Origin: Mobula hypostoma
Lineage: Eukaryota
Direction of reading: 5' to 3'
NCBI RefSeq assembly: GCF_963921235.1
Contig: NC_086097.1
Location: forward strand, 53,942,001-54,006,000
DNA: 64,000 nt
A program made the position numbers and the translations under genes. Each line of letters starts with the position of its first letter. Within the stretch, counting starts at the first letter, position 1. This document shows, one piece after another, positions 25,357-38,200 of the stretch. The notes beneath the pieces were generated by a model. It did no database searches and was not told the DNA's origin. It saw nothing but the letters and a program-made list of their open reading frames with translations.

Positions 25357-26062
25357 TGACAAGGTGGTGCACACGAGGCTGCTTAACAAGATAAGTGCCC
25401 ATGGTATTACAGGAAAGAGGTTAGGAGATTGGCTGACTGGCAGGAAGCAAATAAAACAGGAATAAAGAAGGCCTTTTCCGGTTGGCTGCCTGTGACTAAT
25501 GGTGTCCTTCAGAGGTTGGTGTTAGGACTGCTTCTTTTCATGTTGTATGTCAGTGATTTGGATTAAGGAATTGAAGGCTTTGTGGCCAAGTTTGCAGATG
25601 ATATGAAGATAGGTACAGGAGCAAGTAGCGTTGAGGCAGTGGGGAGTCTGCAGAACGACTGAGACAGATAAGGAGATTGGACAAAGAAGTAAAAGATAGG
25701 AAGGTGCATGGCCATGAATTTTGGTAGAAGGAATAAAGGACATAAACTACTTTCTTAATGGGGAGGAAAATCAAAAATCAGAGGTACATAGGGACTTGGA
25801 AATCCTCGCGCAGGATTCCCATAAGGTTAACCTGCAGGTGGAGTTGGTGGTAAGAGAGGCAAATACAATGTTAGCATTCATTTTGAGAGGAATAGAACAT
25901 AAAAGCAAGGATGTAATGCTGAGGCTTTATAAGGCACCAGTCAGACTGCATTTGGAGTATTATGAGCAGTCAAAGGTTATGGGGAGAGGGCAAGAGAACG
26001 GGGTACTGATAGAATGAGGGAGCAGTCTCAATGGGCTGAATTCCCTAATTCTGCTCCTATGT
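25357..26062 (+). mobile_element. Decayed CR1 LINE fragment
   Basis: Homologous to 15450-16530 (AKFADD; SKDVMLRLYKAPVRLHLEY) with a CR1 tail. Confidence 0.8.
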
Positions 26063-26124
26063 TCTTATATTGTCCCTACCCAGGCTCAGGACTAATGATC
26101 TCCTGAGAGAGGCAGCAAAAACAA

Positions 26125-26800
26125 CAGTCAGGTGAAAACAGGTGTTTCTTTGTGAAATCAGCACGTGCAGATTGGAGGACTGCCTTGTCGAGCAACTTCT
26201 GTCACAACATGCAGAATTTCCCAGAGGCCACCCAATTTTAATTCCATCTCCCATTCAAATAGGTCAGCCCATGGCCTTCTCTACTGCCACAATGAGGCTA
26301 CTTTCAGGTTGGAGAAGCAACACCTCATATTACGTCTGAGTAGCCTCTAACCTGATGGCATGAACACCGGTTCCTCTAACTTCTGGTATTTTTTCTGCCT
26401 GACCCTTCCCTTTATTTCCATTTGCCATTCTAGCTCCCCTCTTACCACTTCTCTTCTCTGCACCTGCCCATCACCTCCTGCTGATGCCCCTCCTCCTTCC
26501 CCTTTTTCCATGGTCCACTCTCCTCTCCTATTAAATTCCTTCTTCTTCAGCCCTTTACCTTTTCCACCTATCAACTCCCACCTTCTCATTTCATCCCTCT
26601 TACCCCACGCACCCACCTCCCCCTCACCTGGTTTCACCTATCACCTACCAGCTTCCAGTTTCCTCTCTCTCTCCTTCTTATTCTGGCTCATTCCGCAGTC
26701 TTTTCCTGTCCTGATGAAAGGTCTTGGCCCAGAATGTTGACTGTTTATTTCCCTCCTCAGATACTGCCTAATGTGCTGAGTTCCTCCGGCATTTTGCATG
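26125..26800 (+). mobile_element. Decayed PLE 3' portion with hammerhead remnant (26706-26743)
   Basis: HGLLYCHNEATFRLEKQHLILRLSSL and ctgtcctgatgaaaggtcttggcccagaatgttgactg. Confidence 0.82.
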
Positions 26801-27554
26801 CAAAGTGTAAATTTAGAAATGGTGGATGACGAATGGCGAGTCACTTCAGCATACAAATGAAAACTGATAATGTCTTCAGAAGGAACAGGTAGGTGGGAAA
26901 GGCCAAGATGAAGGATGAATCCTTCTTTTAAAGTGCAGGCCCAGTAATGTTATTGATCCTCTCCGATTCTTTATAATAGCAAAAAAAAAGGTTCCACAAT
27001 AAATAGCAATCCTTAAGTAGTAGCCATAGATTTCTTCAGCTATTCTATGTATTTATCTCTATCCAGTTCTATTAAATGACTAAGGTTCATTATCTGATTA
27101 TTTATTGATAGTAGCTGAGATGATAAGGGGGACAGAGAGAAGTGACATTCAGAGCTCTCTTTACTGCTTTGGGAGTCAGTGCAAAGCTTGATATTGAGGT
27201 AAAATTGCAGATAGCTCTAAAGCTGACTTCTGGGACATAAAAGACGAGTTGGTCATTGTGATAGATAGAAGTTCAAATTCAAGTTTAAGCTTAATTGTCA
27301 TCAACTATACATGAACAGCCAAACAGAACTGCATTTCTCTCCGGCAAAGGGGTAAAAAAACGCTGTGCGGACAGTCATGCACAGCTCGAAGCACATATAG
27401 TACATATAGTTATGATGCAGTCACACAAAAATAAAATATACCCCAAGTTCTTGAGTATGATGTCCTGTAGATCGATGGTGCATGGACTGTTGTTGGCAAA
27501 GACAAGCTTCCAGCAGTCCAATCATCACACTCTGCTTCTAGTTCTTAGAAGGTA

Positions 27555-28070
27555 AGAACATAAGGATTATGAATAGGTGTAAGTCATAAGGTCCTTCAAA
27601 TCTGTCCTGCTATTCAACAAGATCATAGCTGATTTTCTACCTAAGCTACATTTCCCAACACTTATACAGACCTTTTCATTCCCATGATATACAGAAATCT
27701 GTTTTGTTCTTAACTTAAAACAGCTACACAGCCTTCTGGGGTAGAAAATTCCAAAGGTTCACCATATGAGTGAAGACATTGCTCCTCACTTTAGTCCTAA
27801 ATGTCCTACCCCTATTCTTAAACAGTTAGCTCTTTTTCCAAATTACTTATGCAGGAAAACACTGTCCTTGCATCTGCCCTTTCAAGGCTTTCAAGAATTG
27901 TGCAAGCTTCAATGAGGTAACCTCTCACTCTTCTAACTAGACAGAAGAACCAATCTATTCAACCTTTCTTCCTATGCAAAGCCTACTAACCTAGTCTAGT
28001 GAATCTTTGTCACAATCCCTCTGGAAATTATATCCTGTTAGGAATGAAAACCAAAACTATACATGATCTC
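27555..28070 (-). mobile_element. Old CR1 3' fragment
   Basis: Degenerate similarity to 4330-4900. Confidence 0.5.
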
Positions 28071-31000
28071 TAGCATCCTTGGCATTGGACAGTGAGGAGT
28101 CAATTGACATACCTTCTCCTGACTGCAATCCAGTAATATTTATTTCAAAGTATACATGCACAAAATCCTAATGGGGGAGGATCCAGCACAGCTCAGAAAA
28201 CCCTTGTTTTCAAGCAGGCAAAACAGCCACTTAGTGAATGACCAATGGCTGTATTCACTGCTTGATCTTAAACCCAGCATTATTCAGCAGCAATAAAAGA
28301 ACAACAGGAAAATGACAGGGTAGGGTTAATAAGCTCCAGTACTTCTTGTCCCTATAAGTGCTGTCAAACAAAGGATTAAAAATTCCATTAGAAACCTGAG
28401 GACTAAATCGTCTGCAAATAAAGACAAAAAAGAATAATGCAACAATAGAATAATTGTGTGATTTTCAATATCCCTAGAAATTCTTCCAGTTATGATCGTA
28501 CAACATCTGTATTAAAACTCAAGAGTGATGTAGAACATATCTACCAATCCATTTCAGTTGATTCATTGGGCAAATCTGCTTTTTGGCCACACTGCTAGAT
28601 GAGAGAATTTATTTTTATTATTTGAAGTTTTATTTGATTTTCAACAGAAAAGAAGATACTCCCGGCCTAAATACCTATCTGTTAAAATATGGAAGGTATG
28701 TGGAGAAGGCAAGCAAAATTAAAATTATGAATGGAAGGACTGGTTTCATCATTCATTCTGCAAAAGGAGAAATGATCATAGCCATGTCAGTTTCCATCAC
28801 TTCTGTCAGTTCTTCAAAACTGAACAATTTCCACTCAGATTATATTAAAGCAATTTATGTTCATGTAGACTATCACATAATTGATTATGAACTCCTCAAA
28901 TATATTTTTTATTTAAATAACCCCCTTTTATTTAGGCACAGAAGAATTTTCTTAATTTATGCTTGTATCAGGATGGAATAATACACCCCGAAGTAAACAG
29001 GCAAACTCACTCTTATCTGGAGAGGGGCAAGCAGCTGGCTATTGTGACATTATGATTTTTAGCCTGTGTGTGTTAATGCAAAAATATATCAATTTTAAAT
29101 CACTACTATTTGCAAAATGGTCAAATAATTTGATAGCATAGTTTGACAAATTACTTGGTAACATTTCTAAATGAAATAAATCTGCTCTAAGCCAGTCAAT
29201 GAAATTATTGATATTTTTTATTCTTGTCAATAAAGTTTAATATGGAAACCAAATTTAATTTTCTGTTTGAGAATAAGAGTCATTCATGCTTAGGTAAGGC
29301 CCCATGCGTACTGGCAGCCATCCAGTACCGTTCTCCATTTCCACTGGTGCTGTAGTCCAAAAATAAGCACATTATCAGATCTTAACCCAAGGAAAACGTA
29401 TTCTAATGTTAGAGGAAATAATCTGACCATTTTTGACAGTCTGATTCCCATGGCTGTAACTGATGATATTAACCGTCATCAATGTTGGCCAAAATGGACC
29501 AAATCAAATCAGGGCTTCCTAGCACCTCCTGAGCTGCCCAGTATCATATCATAGCTTACTGTGAAAAGGGAAACTTTTAAATTTATGTTTAATTAATTTT
29601 TGACAATTATTTTATCAACAAATACTCAAGCCAAATACAATTCAATTACCACAACAGTCTTCTCCTAAGTGTAATTCTTCAATTTTTAACTTAATACATC
29701 ATAGATATAAGGGGTATCTTTTGAGAATGTTACACTACATGTCCAACTATATAGTTTCTAAGGAGCAGTCAAGGATATCTTTCAAATTAATTTAACGAAT
29801 AATCTTTTGTGAATCTGAATATGCTTCATTGAAGGGCACATACAGCGGGTCATTAGCTACAACAAAAATTGTTTAACAAATCACACATCAATTTATACAG
29901 GTGAATATTTAATAAATATTTGTGAGTTTTTTAACATGAAGTGTCTGATGCGATTACTGTGATTGTTTACGTGCAAAAGGAAATTACAACATGCAGACTT
30001 TAATTTCTTGAACATTCTGCAGGTCACCACAATGGGAAATGGATCTCCCACACTGAATTTATTGCAAACCAAGCTGAATTTATATGGATGCCTATCTTCC
30101 AAAAAGAATATGCTCATGACAAATTATAACTACAAATTCTGCCGTCTCTATAACAAAACCGTATCTTTAAGTATTATACATGTTGAAACTCCTAACTTTA
30201 GAATAAAAGTTGTGATTATAGGCAGATGCATATCATTTCATGTACAATGCAGATAAACCACAGACCCAAATGCCACTCCATTTCAAGAACAAAATATAAC
30301 TATTGTTATTGCTGCAAATTAAACAAAAATTGTGATCTGATTGAACTATTTGAGCAAAAATAGTAGTGAAAGGTATCTAAATGAATTACTTGTTCCTCTG
30401 TAATTCATGAATTCTTACACAAATGAGATTGTTGCTGCTTACTGTATGTAAATTAAGTTATATTTGATAAAAAATATACGAAGTAAACCATAGTAGTCAA
30501 CTTCAATATGTACATACCAATTCTGTCCATCTAATATATGATAATACAAATATTTCGCGTAGAAGTCTAACGTCTGTTTGAAATGAGCCAAACTTTCTGC
30601 GTGTTGCAGCCTGTTGAATGGTATCGAATTGGAACAAAGAAACGATTTTGAAACTAAAATGATTTACAAACTGATGATAAGGTTTGGGCGTGCACACTTC
30701 CATAGAGACGACCAGAAGAAAATGAGACTAGTAAGAAGGCCAAAGCTCAAATACAGAAGTGTAATGTTACAATCAGTTAATAGCTTCAAACGTTTTCTTA
30801 TGGCGCTAAGATGTCTAGAGAGCTATGCACATATGTAGGAAGGCCCTAGCTTCATTTCCTGAAGCGTTTTAATGAATGTGTGCTTGCTTTCCATGTACCT
30901 CAGAGAATTGAGTGTTAGGGTAATGAGCTACCAGACAATTACCATTCCAGATTTTGTAATAGCAGGGCGATGTTATCTGAATGAAGCGTATCAGTTGAAA

Positions 31001-33329
31001 TGTGTGTAATTGCACTGTCAAACAGCTGAAAAGCACTCCCATCAGCTTATTGCCACTTCAAAATGAAATTCCTTCTTTGGCATGGTTATGCAGGCATCAA
31101 AGAGAAGGCAGCAAGTCCCAGCCTCGGGCCATTCAGCTTTGTAGATAGTAGGAAAGTTGGGCGGAAAGGAGATTTCGGGAGAATTGTTTATTTATATCGT
31201 TTTGGAAGCACAAACATTACAACCTAGTCACCTTAGTGCAAATAAGAAGGGGCCAGCTCCTTCTGCTCGGCACTTGGAAATGGTGGGCAACTTGGGTTTT
31301 GGTTGCGAGTAGCCCACTGTTCTGGAAATGGAGATTTAAAGGAACACTGCTGGCTTACAGCTGGAGCAGCTGTAACAGGGCGGGTGATCTCAAGAGGCGG
31401 CACCTTCTGGGCTATTCCTGTTTGTGTTGAAGATTAAGTACATTGTATACATTTGGAGTCGAGATAGGCAACAAGGATAAGGGACCATAGCCAAAGAGCA
31501 TCAGGTGAGGAAAACTACAAACCTTCCGAAAATTCCCTTGCCCGTGGAAAGCAACTAACCCACCTTCTCAATCTGTTCCAAATCCATTTTCATACTTTTC
31601 GCATCCTGAACAAGTGCCCGGGATTGCTCCTCTTTACAATGAGGCAATTCAGCAATAAGAAGTGGACCAACAAATGATCTGCACCATGTTTGGGGTTAAA
31701 TTCTAAATTTACAATCTGCCAATCAGAGAGGTTATCGTCCTTGCGAACAGACATAGCAGAGCCTTTCATCTACAAACAAAAATGATTAGCTTGTTTACTA
31801 GCTGTCATTAAATATTTATAATTTATATTTGAAAGCACATGCAGACCACACACAAACTTTGAAGGTAGAAACCAGAAACATTTAAACACAGCAAAGGCGT
31901 CTTCCCGCTTCCTGGTATTTTAATGCAACACCAACCCACACTGCAAGCGGACCTTTCACTAAACCAACTCGGTGTTTAAGTTTACATCTTCTGTATTTAT
32001 AACAAAGGCTCAGTTTAAACTTTTTATAATATTCCACAAATGTTAAAATTATGCCCTTTAAAATATCACGCTTGATTCAATATGACAAAATAGTATAACC
32101 ATTAACCTTGACTTAGAATTAAGTTGCTGCTGTTCATTAAAGAAAACAAAGCCACTTGCACAAGAAGACCCGGCAAAATCAGTTGAACTCATGTTTCGCT
32201 AACGGCTAAAATAATTCAAAATATTTCAGACATGAAAGTCGATTCCCTTCCCCTCCCATGGTGTACAGTTTAGGATATTATGTGGAACGAAAACAAATGT
32301 TTCCTGAGGGAATGCAATCATCAAATCCTTTTAAACGATTTATCCAAGTTGGCCACATTTGAAAACTAACAGGGTCGAGAGTAAATTGCGGAGCATGGAT
32401 GCCTTTGCCTGAGGGTCTGGTCTGATCTGCTCTCTCCACCTGCACACTCCAGGGAGCGCAGGCTTAGGCAATTCTTGCAGATTTCTTTTGAGTTTTAAAG
32501 CCTGCTGGATCCCTTTTGGGCCTAACCAGTCTTCATTTCAAATTCTCCCAAAAAAAAAGTCAAGCCTTCGTGCAGCCTTGATTAACATCTGCTAACCCTC
32601 TCGCTGCCTTCCTTCAGTTCGTTTGACAATGAATTGCTTGGAGGCAAAACTTCTTAGTCATAGTGATGGGGGAGGGAAAGAAGAGGACAGATGGAAGGGT
32701 AAACATCGTAATACAGTAAGCCCTGGTGACAAATGTACTGTTATTGAAAAGGGAATTCAACAAATATAAGTTTAATCACGGTTGAAATTCTGTTTAAAGA
32801 TTGTTTAAGTACAAGTGGATTGACTTTTAACAAGGATGCAACTTCTGGAAAACCCAAAGCAATTTTTGATCTCCTTCAATACTTTCCTGTCACAGGATCT
32901 GAGATGCCAATGCACTGAATGACAATCATGGATGAAAAGAGGAAAGCAGATCAGTCATTTGGATGTGTAATTTCTCAGCATTTCTTTTCAACGGGATTCT
33001 TCTCTTTCGGGATAGATATTCAAGCTCTCTTTTGGTGAACCAATTACCTATTTACACCAATTATTTCATCACTGGTCTTGTTCCATTTTTCATATACATC
33101 TGTTATCCTCCATTCACACCTTTTACAAATTAGCTTCTTTAACAAATGAATTGCACCACTTAAAGCACTTCCTTTAGAGAATAAAAGAAGCTATTAAGTG
33201 CTCTGCCTAGATTTCAAACTCTGCACATCGTAGTTAATCCCAAATGGGGAAATAATAAATAATTAACATTAATTATATTTTCCATACATTCTAATATAAT
33301 TTTACAAAAACGTTGTACAGAAATGTCTT

Positions 33330-33501
33330 ATGTTTAAAATATGACTCAATTTTATTTTCCTTTTATATGTAGTTATAAATATATTTTGTCAAAATATATG
33401 ATCATATGGTCAACATTTGCACATAGGTCATAAATAATGTAATGGCGAACGCCTGTTACAAATAGTGTCCAGACATTATAAAAAGTCAATTATTATTTTT
33501 T
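33330..33501 (-). terminator. BMP4 3'UTR with AATAAA polyadenylation signal (33356-33351)
   Basis: AU-rich sequence after the stop; the minus strand reads ggaaAATAAAattgagtcat. Resembles the mammalian BMP4 3' end from memory. Confidence 0.7.
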
Positions 33502-34340
33502 TCAGCGACACCCACATCCCTCTACAACCATCTCCTGATAGTTCTTCAGAACAACTTTATCGTATTCGTCCAAGTAGAGCATTGATATAGGGCTGAGTTC
33601 TGTAGGGACACAGCAAGCCTTGGGGATGTTGGAATTTACAGAATTTACAAGAGTTTGCACGATAGCGTGATTAGTAGAGTTCAGGTGATCTGCCAGTGGA
33701 AACGGGCAGTCCCCGTGACAGTAAAAAGCCTGGTAACCAGGCGGTGCCACTATCCAGTCATTCCAGCCCACGTCGCTGAAATCCACATACAGAGAGTGCC
33801 TCCTGCAGTGCGATCTGTTTTTCTTGCGTTTTTGGCCTTTGCTGCTACGTTTCACCCTCCGGACCAGAGCGTGTCCTTTGCCATCGTGACTGAAAGTTAC
33901 GAGCAAGGGTCTGAACTGGGACCAGTCGCCGTTCCGCTGGTGCAGCGACCTGCTAATCCTCACGTGCATACCTTGCCGGCTTTTCGTTTCGTTCAGGTTT
34001 ATTACCTCGACAGCCAGCCCGTGGTTGGGTTGTTTATGCAAAGTCCACCTCAGCACTGCCGGGCTCACGTCAAAGCTCTCCCATCGTGTCCTGTTCTGGT
34101 GGACTAGTCTGGTGTCTAGGAGTCTCGTGATGAGGTCGCCCTTCTCGCTGGGGGTTCTCATGATTTCATAAACATTGATGCGGTGGAAACCCTCGTTCCA
34201 GTTCAAAACGGTGTCGATTTGCTCTCGGTACAGCCTCAGTTCTGCCGACGACAGCACCTCATTCTCGGGCACCGCGCTGATATTAAACACAAAACGAAGT
34301 TGGGTGCCTTCTCTCTGTCCTGGCATCAGCTCCAAGTGTT
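33502..34340 (-). CDS. BMP4: BMP4 last coding exon (prodomain, furin sites RISR and RVKR, 114-aa mature TGF-beta domain at 33846-33505)
   Basis: Acceptor tctggaacag|AA restores GAA-CAC-TTG (EHL). Seven-cysteine knot [25 protein letters not shown]...VVEGCGCR followed by TGA. 352+839=1191 nt = 396 aa plus stop; intron is 606 bp. Confidence 0.97.
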
Positions 34341-34946
34341 CTGTTCCAGAACAGAAAGACAACCCTTAAAATCGAATTTACCCATGTAAGCGCGCACATC
34401 TCTGGACTAAACTAATGTATGAAAGCCGACCGACAGAAGCCAACAAAGAGCCGCCTTGCAAAAAGCTCGCGCTCGACAAAAGAAAAGCTGTGTACAAAAG
34501 CAATGACTGCAAACTACAAATCATTGCACGAGCAAAGGACTAACTGGGAAAGGCGGCTGGCTTCAGAAAATGTTTTTGTCACCTGCCAGGAACACCCTCC
34601 CCTAGCATTTAAATCGAAACATGAACTATAAACAGTACTAGTTGGATAATTCTAAAACGGCATACATATATATACGACTATCGACTGATGTCATAATGTT
34701 TTTAATTTAAGCAGCGCAATAGATATAATTTACATTTTAAAATTATACACATGGTTGAAAGGTGTCCCAAAGAATATTGGCAATCAACAACGTCCCCCGT
34801 GGCCAAAATGTTACACAGAAACTTGGTGCAAGAATTACCCGTGTGTACATTTCACATAAACTCCCGCCATGTTCTGCTATCACTGTAAATCAAACAAAAA
34901 TCAATAATCTTAAATGTTTCTTGTAGAGTGATTGCTGGTCCAGTAC

Positions 34947-35298
34947 CTTCATGGTGGAAGCTCCTCACGGTGTTGGCCCGACTGGTGGATCTCTCGGGAT
35001 ATTCGAAGCTGATGTCGTGGGTGACCTCGTCCCCAGACTGGAGTCTGTAGAGATCCAGCATGTACTGGGGAACCACGGCAGATTTACTGGGCTGCGGGCG
35101 CCGGTGGAGTCCGAACATATTGAGTAAAGTGGCCTCGAATTCCCGCAGCAGTTCATGGTTTTGCGGAGAGCGACGTCCACCCGCCTGGTTTTGTTCCGCA
35201 AACTTTTTCCTTCCTTCCTCTGGTATTAGACTAGCACTACCTCCCAGTAAGACTTGGCATAATAAAATTACCATCAGCATTCGGTTACCAGGAATCAT
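34947..35298 (-). CDS. BMP4: BMP4 first coding exon (signal peptide and N-terminal prodomain)
   Basis: Translates [20 protein letters not shown]...[11 protein letters not shown], the BMP4-type N-terminus. Acceptor ttccgcag|AGACACCATG (exon starts 35305). Donor GAAG|gtactg with GT at 34946-34945. 352 coding nt, phase 1. Confidence 0.97.
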
Positions 35299-35952
35299 GG
35301 TGTCTCTGCGGAACAAAACAAGCAACAACAGAAAAAAAAGAATGAGAATTAAGAGCGATCTTCAGCAATCCACGCCCCAGAAAGAGAGCGCACGACACAG
35401 AAACAGAGAGTGGGAGAAGAGGTGTAATTACTTGGTCTCTCTCGGTTACAGTTAAATAGCCCATAATCAGGCAGATAGCACCATCTTGTTACTCTTTGTG
35501 TTTTCACTATCTTAGTAATTATCTTGGGCTGGTTTCTTTAGGAGCGACACAGAAAGTCTGAAACGGGCATCTTACCAAGCGGCCCATAATTGTTGAGAAT
35601 GGTGGTGATGGTATGATGTGTGGGTGTGTGTGTGGTGGGGGGGGGGTAACATTCCTGAAGTGTTAAAATCGTTTTACTTTGATTGTGTACACTTTCACAT
35701 CGAACAAGTTGATTATCTCCAGTCTATCGGTACATTTCCTTAATTGCTTATTGACAACCAAGGCACAAGTGCAAAAGCCATACTCTCACCCAACAGAGAG
35801 CTACAATTAATCATGCAGGAAATGATCGCAAGTACATGCTACAAGAGAAATCAAATAAATGGTTAAACACACACATATTTTTAGTGTACAAACAAATATA
35901 AATAAAATCCCACCACAACCCATTAGGAAAAAGTATAAAAAGTTCTACTCAC

Positions 35953-36130
35953 TGACAGAAAACAAGGCAGATGAAAACAATCCATGATTCTTGACAGCCG
36001 ATCTTGGACAAGTTCTTGAAAAGCTCGGGGACTCTGGAGCTGGCCGCTCGGCTACGTATTATCGAATCCCTCCTGGAACAACATTTGAATATAATGAGCA
36101 GTCTCAGCTTCCTCTCCGCGACGTCAGCCG
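35953..36130 (-). other. BMP4: BMP4 upstream 5'UTR exon (5' end uncertain)
   Basis: Strong donor TTTTCTGTCA|gtgagt at 35952. Splicing to 35305 gives TTTTCTGTCAAGACACCATG, which matches the mammalian BMP4 5'UTR as I recall it. Intron 35306-35952 is 647 bp. Confidence 0.85.
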
Positions 36131-36420
36131 GACCCAGCCCTGTTGCCAAACCCACACACAGGCTCCGCCCTCCCACCAATCACACGCGCCCGTCCCGCCT
36201 CAGCTACCAATCATGAGCGCCGGCCTCTTCCCATTTCAATCTACATTGCCCGTCAGTCAGAGAGCATGCGAAAGCTCCGCCCCTCGCAGTGATTTCCGCG
36301 GTGGGCGTAACCAGGGGAGGAGCCTGCGCTAACTGTCAATCAAAGCCATGTACTGAGCGCCGAGTTCGTGAAGCCGCAGCCGCACGCTGTGGGATGCCGC
36401 TCAGCTGAACGGGAGTTGGA
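36000..36420 (-). promoter_or_regulatory. CpG-rich BMP4 promoter region
   Basis: Local CpG excess in a CpG-poor window. GC boxes CCGCCC at 36165 and 36277, CCAAT at 36176 and 36207, CRE-like TGACGTC on the minus strand at 36120-36126. Directly upstream of the UTR exon. Confidence 0.75.
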
Positions 36421-38023
36421 CCCTAAGGAACTGTACTTGCTTCGTAATAAGCACTGTTATTTCATCCTATGAATAATCGAAAATGGTTTAACATATATTT
36501 ACGGCTGATGGATGCCACAAGCTCAGATTTTATTCACTGCGTGCTCACATTTTTATCAAATAGTTTCACAATTTATAGTAAAAGGTTTAACATTTCCCAT
36601 AAGAACCCTCTGTCAAACAAGCTTTATTGCAAAAATCCAAACTATCCACAGCTTCATTAGAAAATGATTGGAAAGCTTCAAACTATCTGGGCTCGATGGG
36701 CCGAACAGCCTCCTATTGTACCAATCTAAGATTCTAATCGGCATATCAAGTGATACGAAGTACCACCGCTGCATCCTGTCCTGGGTTAGATCACACACAA
36801 GGTTATTTCTACCTTATTTCCGAAACGCCGACCAACACCCACCTTCATTAAAAGCTGGATGCAGCCCCACGAAAAACATTGCAAATTGCGTAAACGCTTC
36901 GCTGATACAAAGGTCTACAACACAATAAATGTCAGAGCACTTTTATTTCCCAGGTTGGATATGAAAGTGTTTTTCAAGTAAAACACGCAACTTCCTAATC
37001 AACACAACCTGGCATAACGTGTGTGAGCGTGGTCATGTTCTATTATGTAGTATTTTCTTGTTCACGCTAAAATCTGTTGAAACGTGATTTTAATACTGCA
37101 TTTCATAATAACATGCTGAAGCTGTGGTGAATATTTTATACAAGATTCTAAAAGCACAAGTTCAATTTTACTTCCAAAACATTAATCGTACTTAATTGAG
37201 CACAGCATCAGCAGTAACCTTTAACTGAACACAGACACTCCTCCTGGCACGAAGTTTTAAAATAAGTTAAACCAGATGGAACTCGATTAGAATATCAGTC
37301 AATCGATGTTCAAAACTTTAAACTTCGATAAATACACCCAGACCCCAATATGCGCTTTTGTAAATGCAAAGCTATCAGTATTCAACAGCGCCCTCGCATT
37401 TTGTTAAATGCAGCACGTGTGACTACAATAATAAAAAAATTCATACGCAGTCGAGATAACCAGTCATTATTCTGATTAATACGCAGAAATACAATACAGA
37501 ACGTTCAGAGTCTTACAACATATATGACCGATGTGTAAATCAATATTAAGTGTCACTCACCATAGATTTAACACATTTGCTCCAATATTTCCATATCTAA
37601 ATCATCTGCATGATTATCACTTGACATAAAGGCGACATAGTTAGTCCAACAAGTTCGATGCCTGCGAAAGGGACCGAAAACAACGCGCCGACGAAAGTCA
37701 CGGACTCATTACTCCCACATAAGTTCCATTTTAAGACACCGAGCTGCAACTAACAGTCCGACAAATAAAGTGGCCGCCTAGATCAGCAATTTGTTGCGAA
37801 GTCATGTACGTCACTGTGGTAGTTTAGCACAGAGTTCATAAAGCGTCACTTATCCGATCTCTGTAATATTTCACTTCCTTCCTGCCGAAATGGGTAATAA
37901 TTGCAGATCCAACAAGCCACCGAAGATTAGCGCACCTATACCGCATAAATAAACAGGGTGCATACATTCCTCTTATCGAGCTGGCTAAACCATTTTTTAA
38001 AGATCAGTTTTCTTATAAATTAC

Positions 38024-38200
38024 CTGTATTTTATTCAGAATTCACCCACGTGTGATTTGAATTCTTCCGGAGCGACAGAAATAGCCCGAGAGCGAAAGAA
38101 AGCCGACTGGAGGAAGCAGGCAGGCAGTCGGATAACTCAGACTACAAAGGCAATGAATGGCGATCGAAGGAGAAACGTAAAAACTATACGCTCAGTGGAC
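38024..38200 (-). other. Candidate distal non-coding first exon of BMP4
   Basis: Second CpG-enriched patch (about 37650-38250) containing donor-like AATACAG|gtaatt at 38023. Mammalian BMP4 has alternative upstream exons. No transcript evidence. Confidence 0.3.

Noticed and set aside
28583..28981. 132-aa ORF
   Set aside because: AT-rich, TTG start, no recognisable domain or convincing splice context.
33655..34107. 150-aa plus-strand ORF; also 35060-35455
   Set aside because: Antisense shadows of GC-rich BMP4 exons with no independent protein features.
33502..35298. BMP2 or BMP16 as alternative identity
   Set aside because: The [10 protein letters not shown] start, [22 protein letters not shown] end and UTR similarity fit BMP4. 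A phylogeny would formalise this.
34852..35328. ORF-track N- and C-terminal extensions ([18 protein letters not shown]...; MSFCSGT)
   Set aside because: These are intron read-through beyond canonical splice sites.
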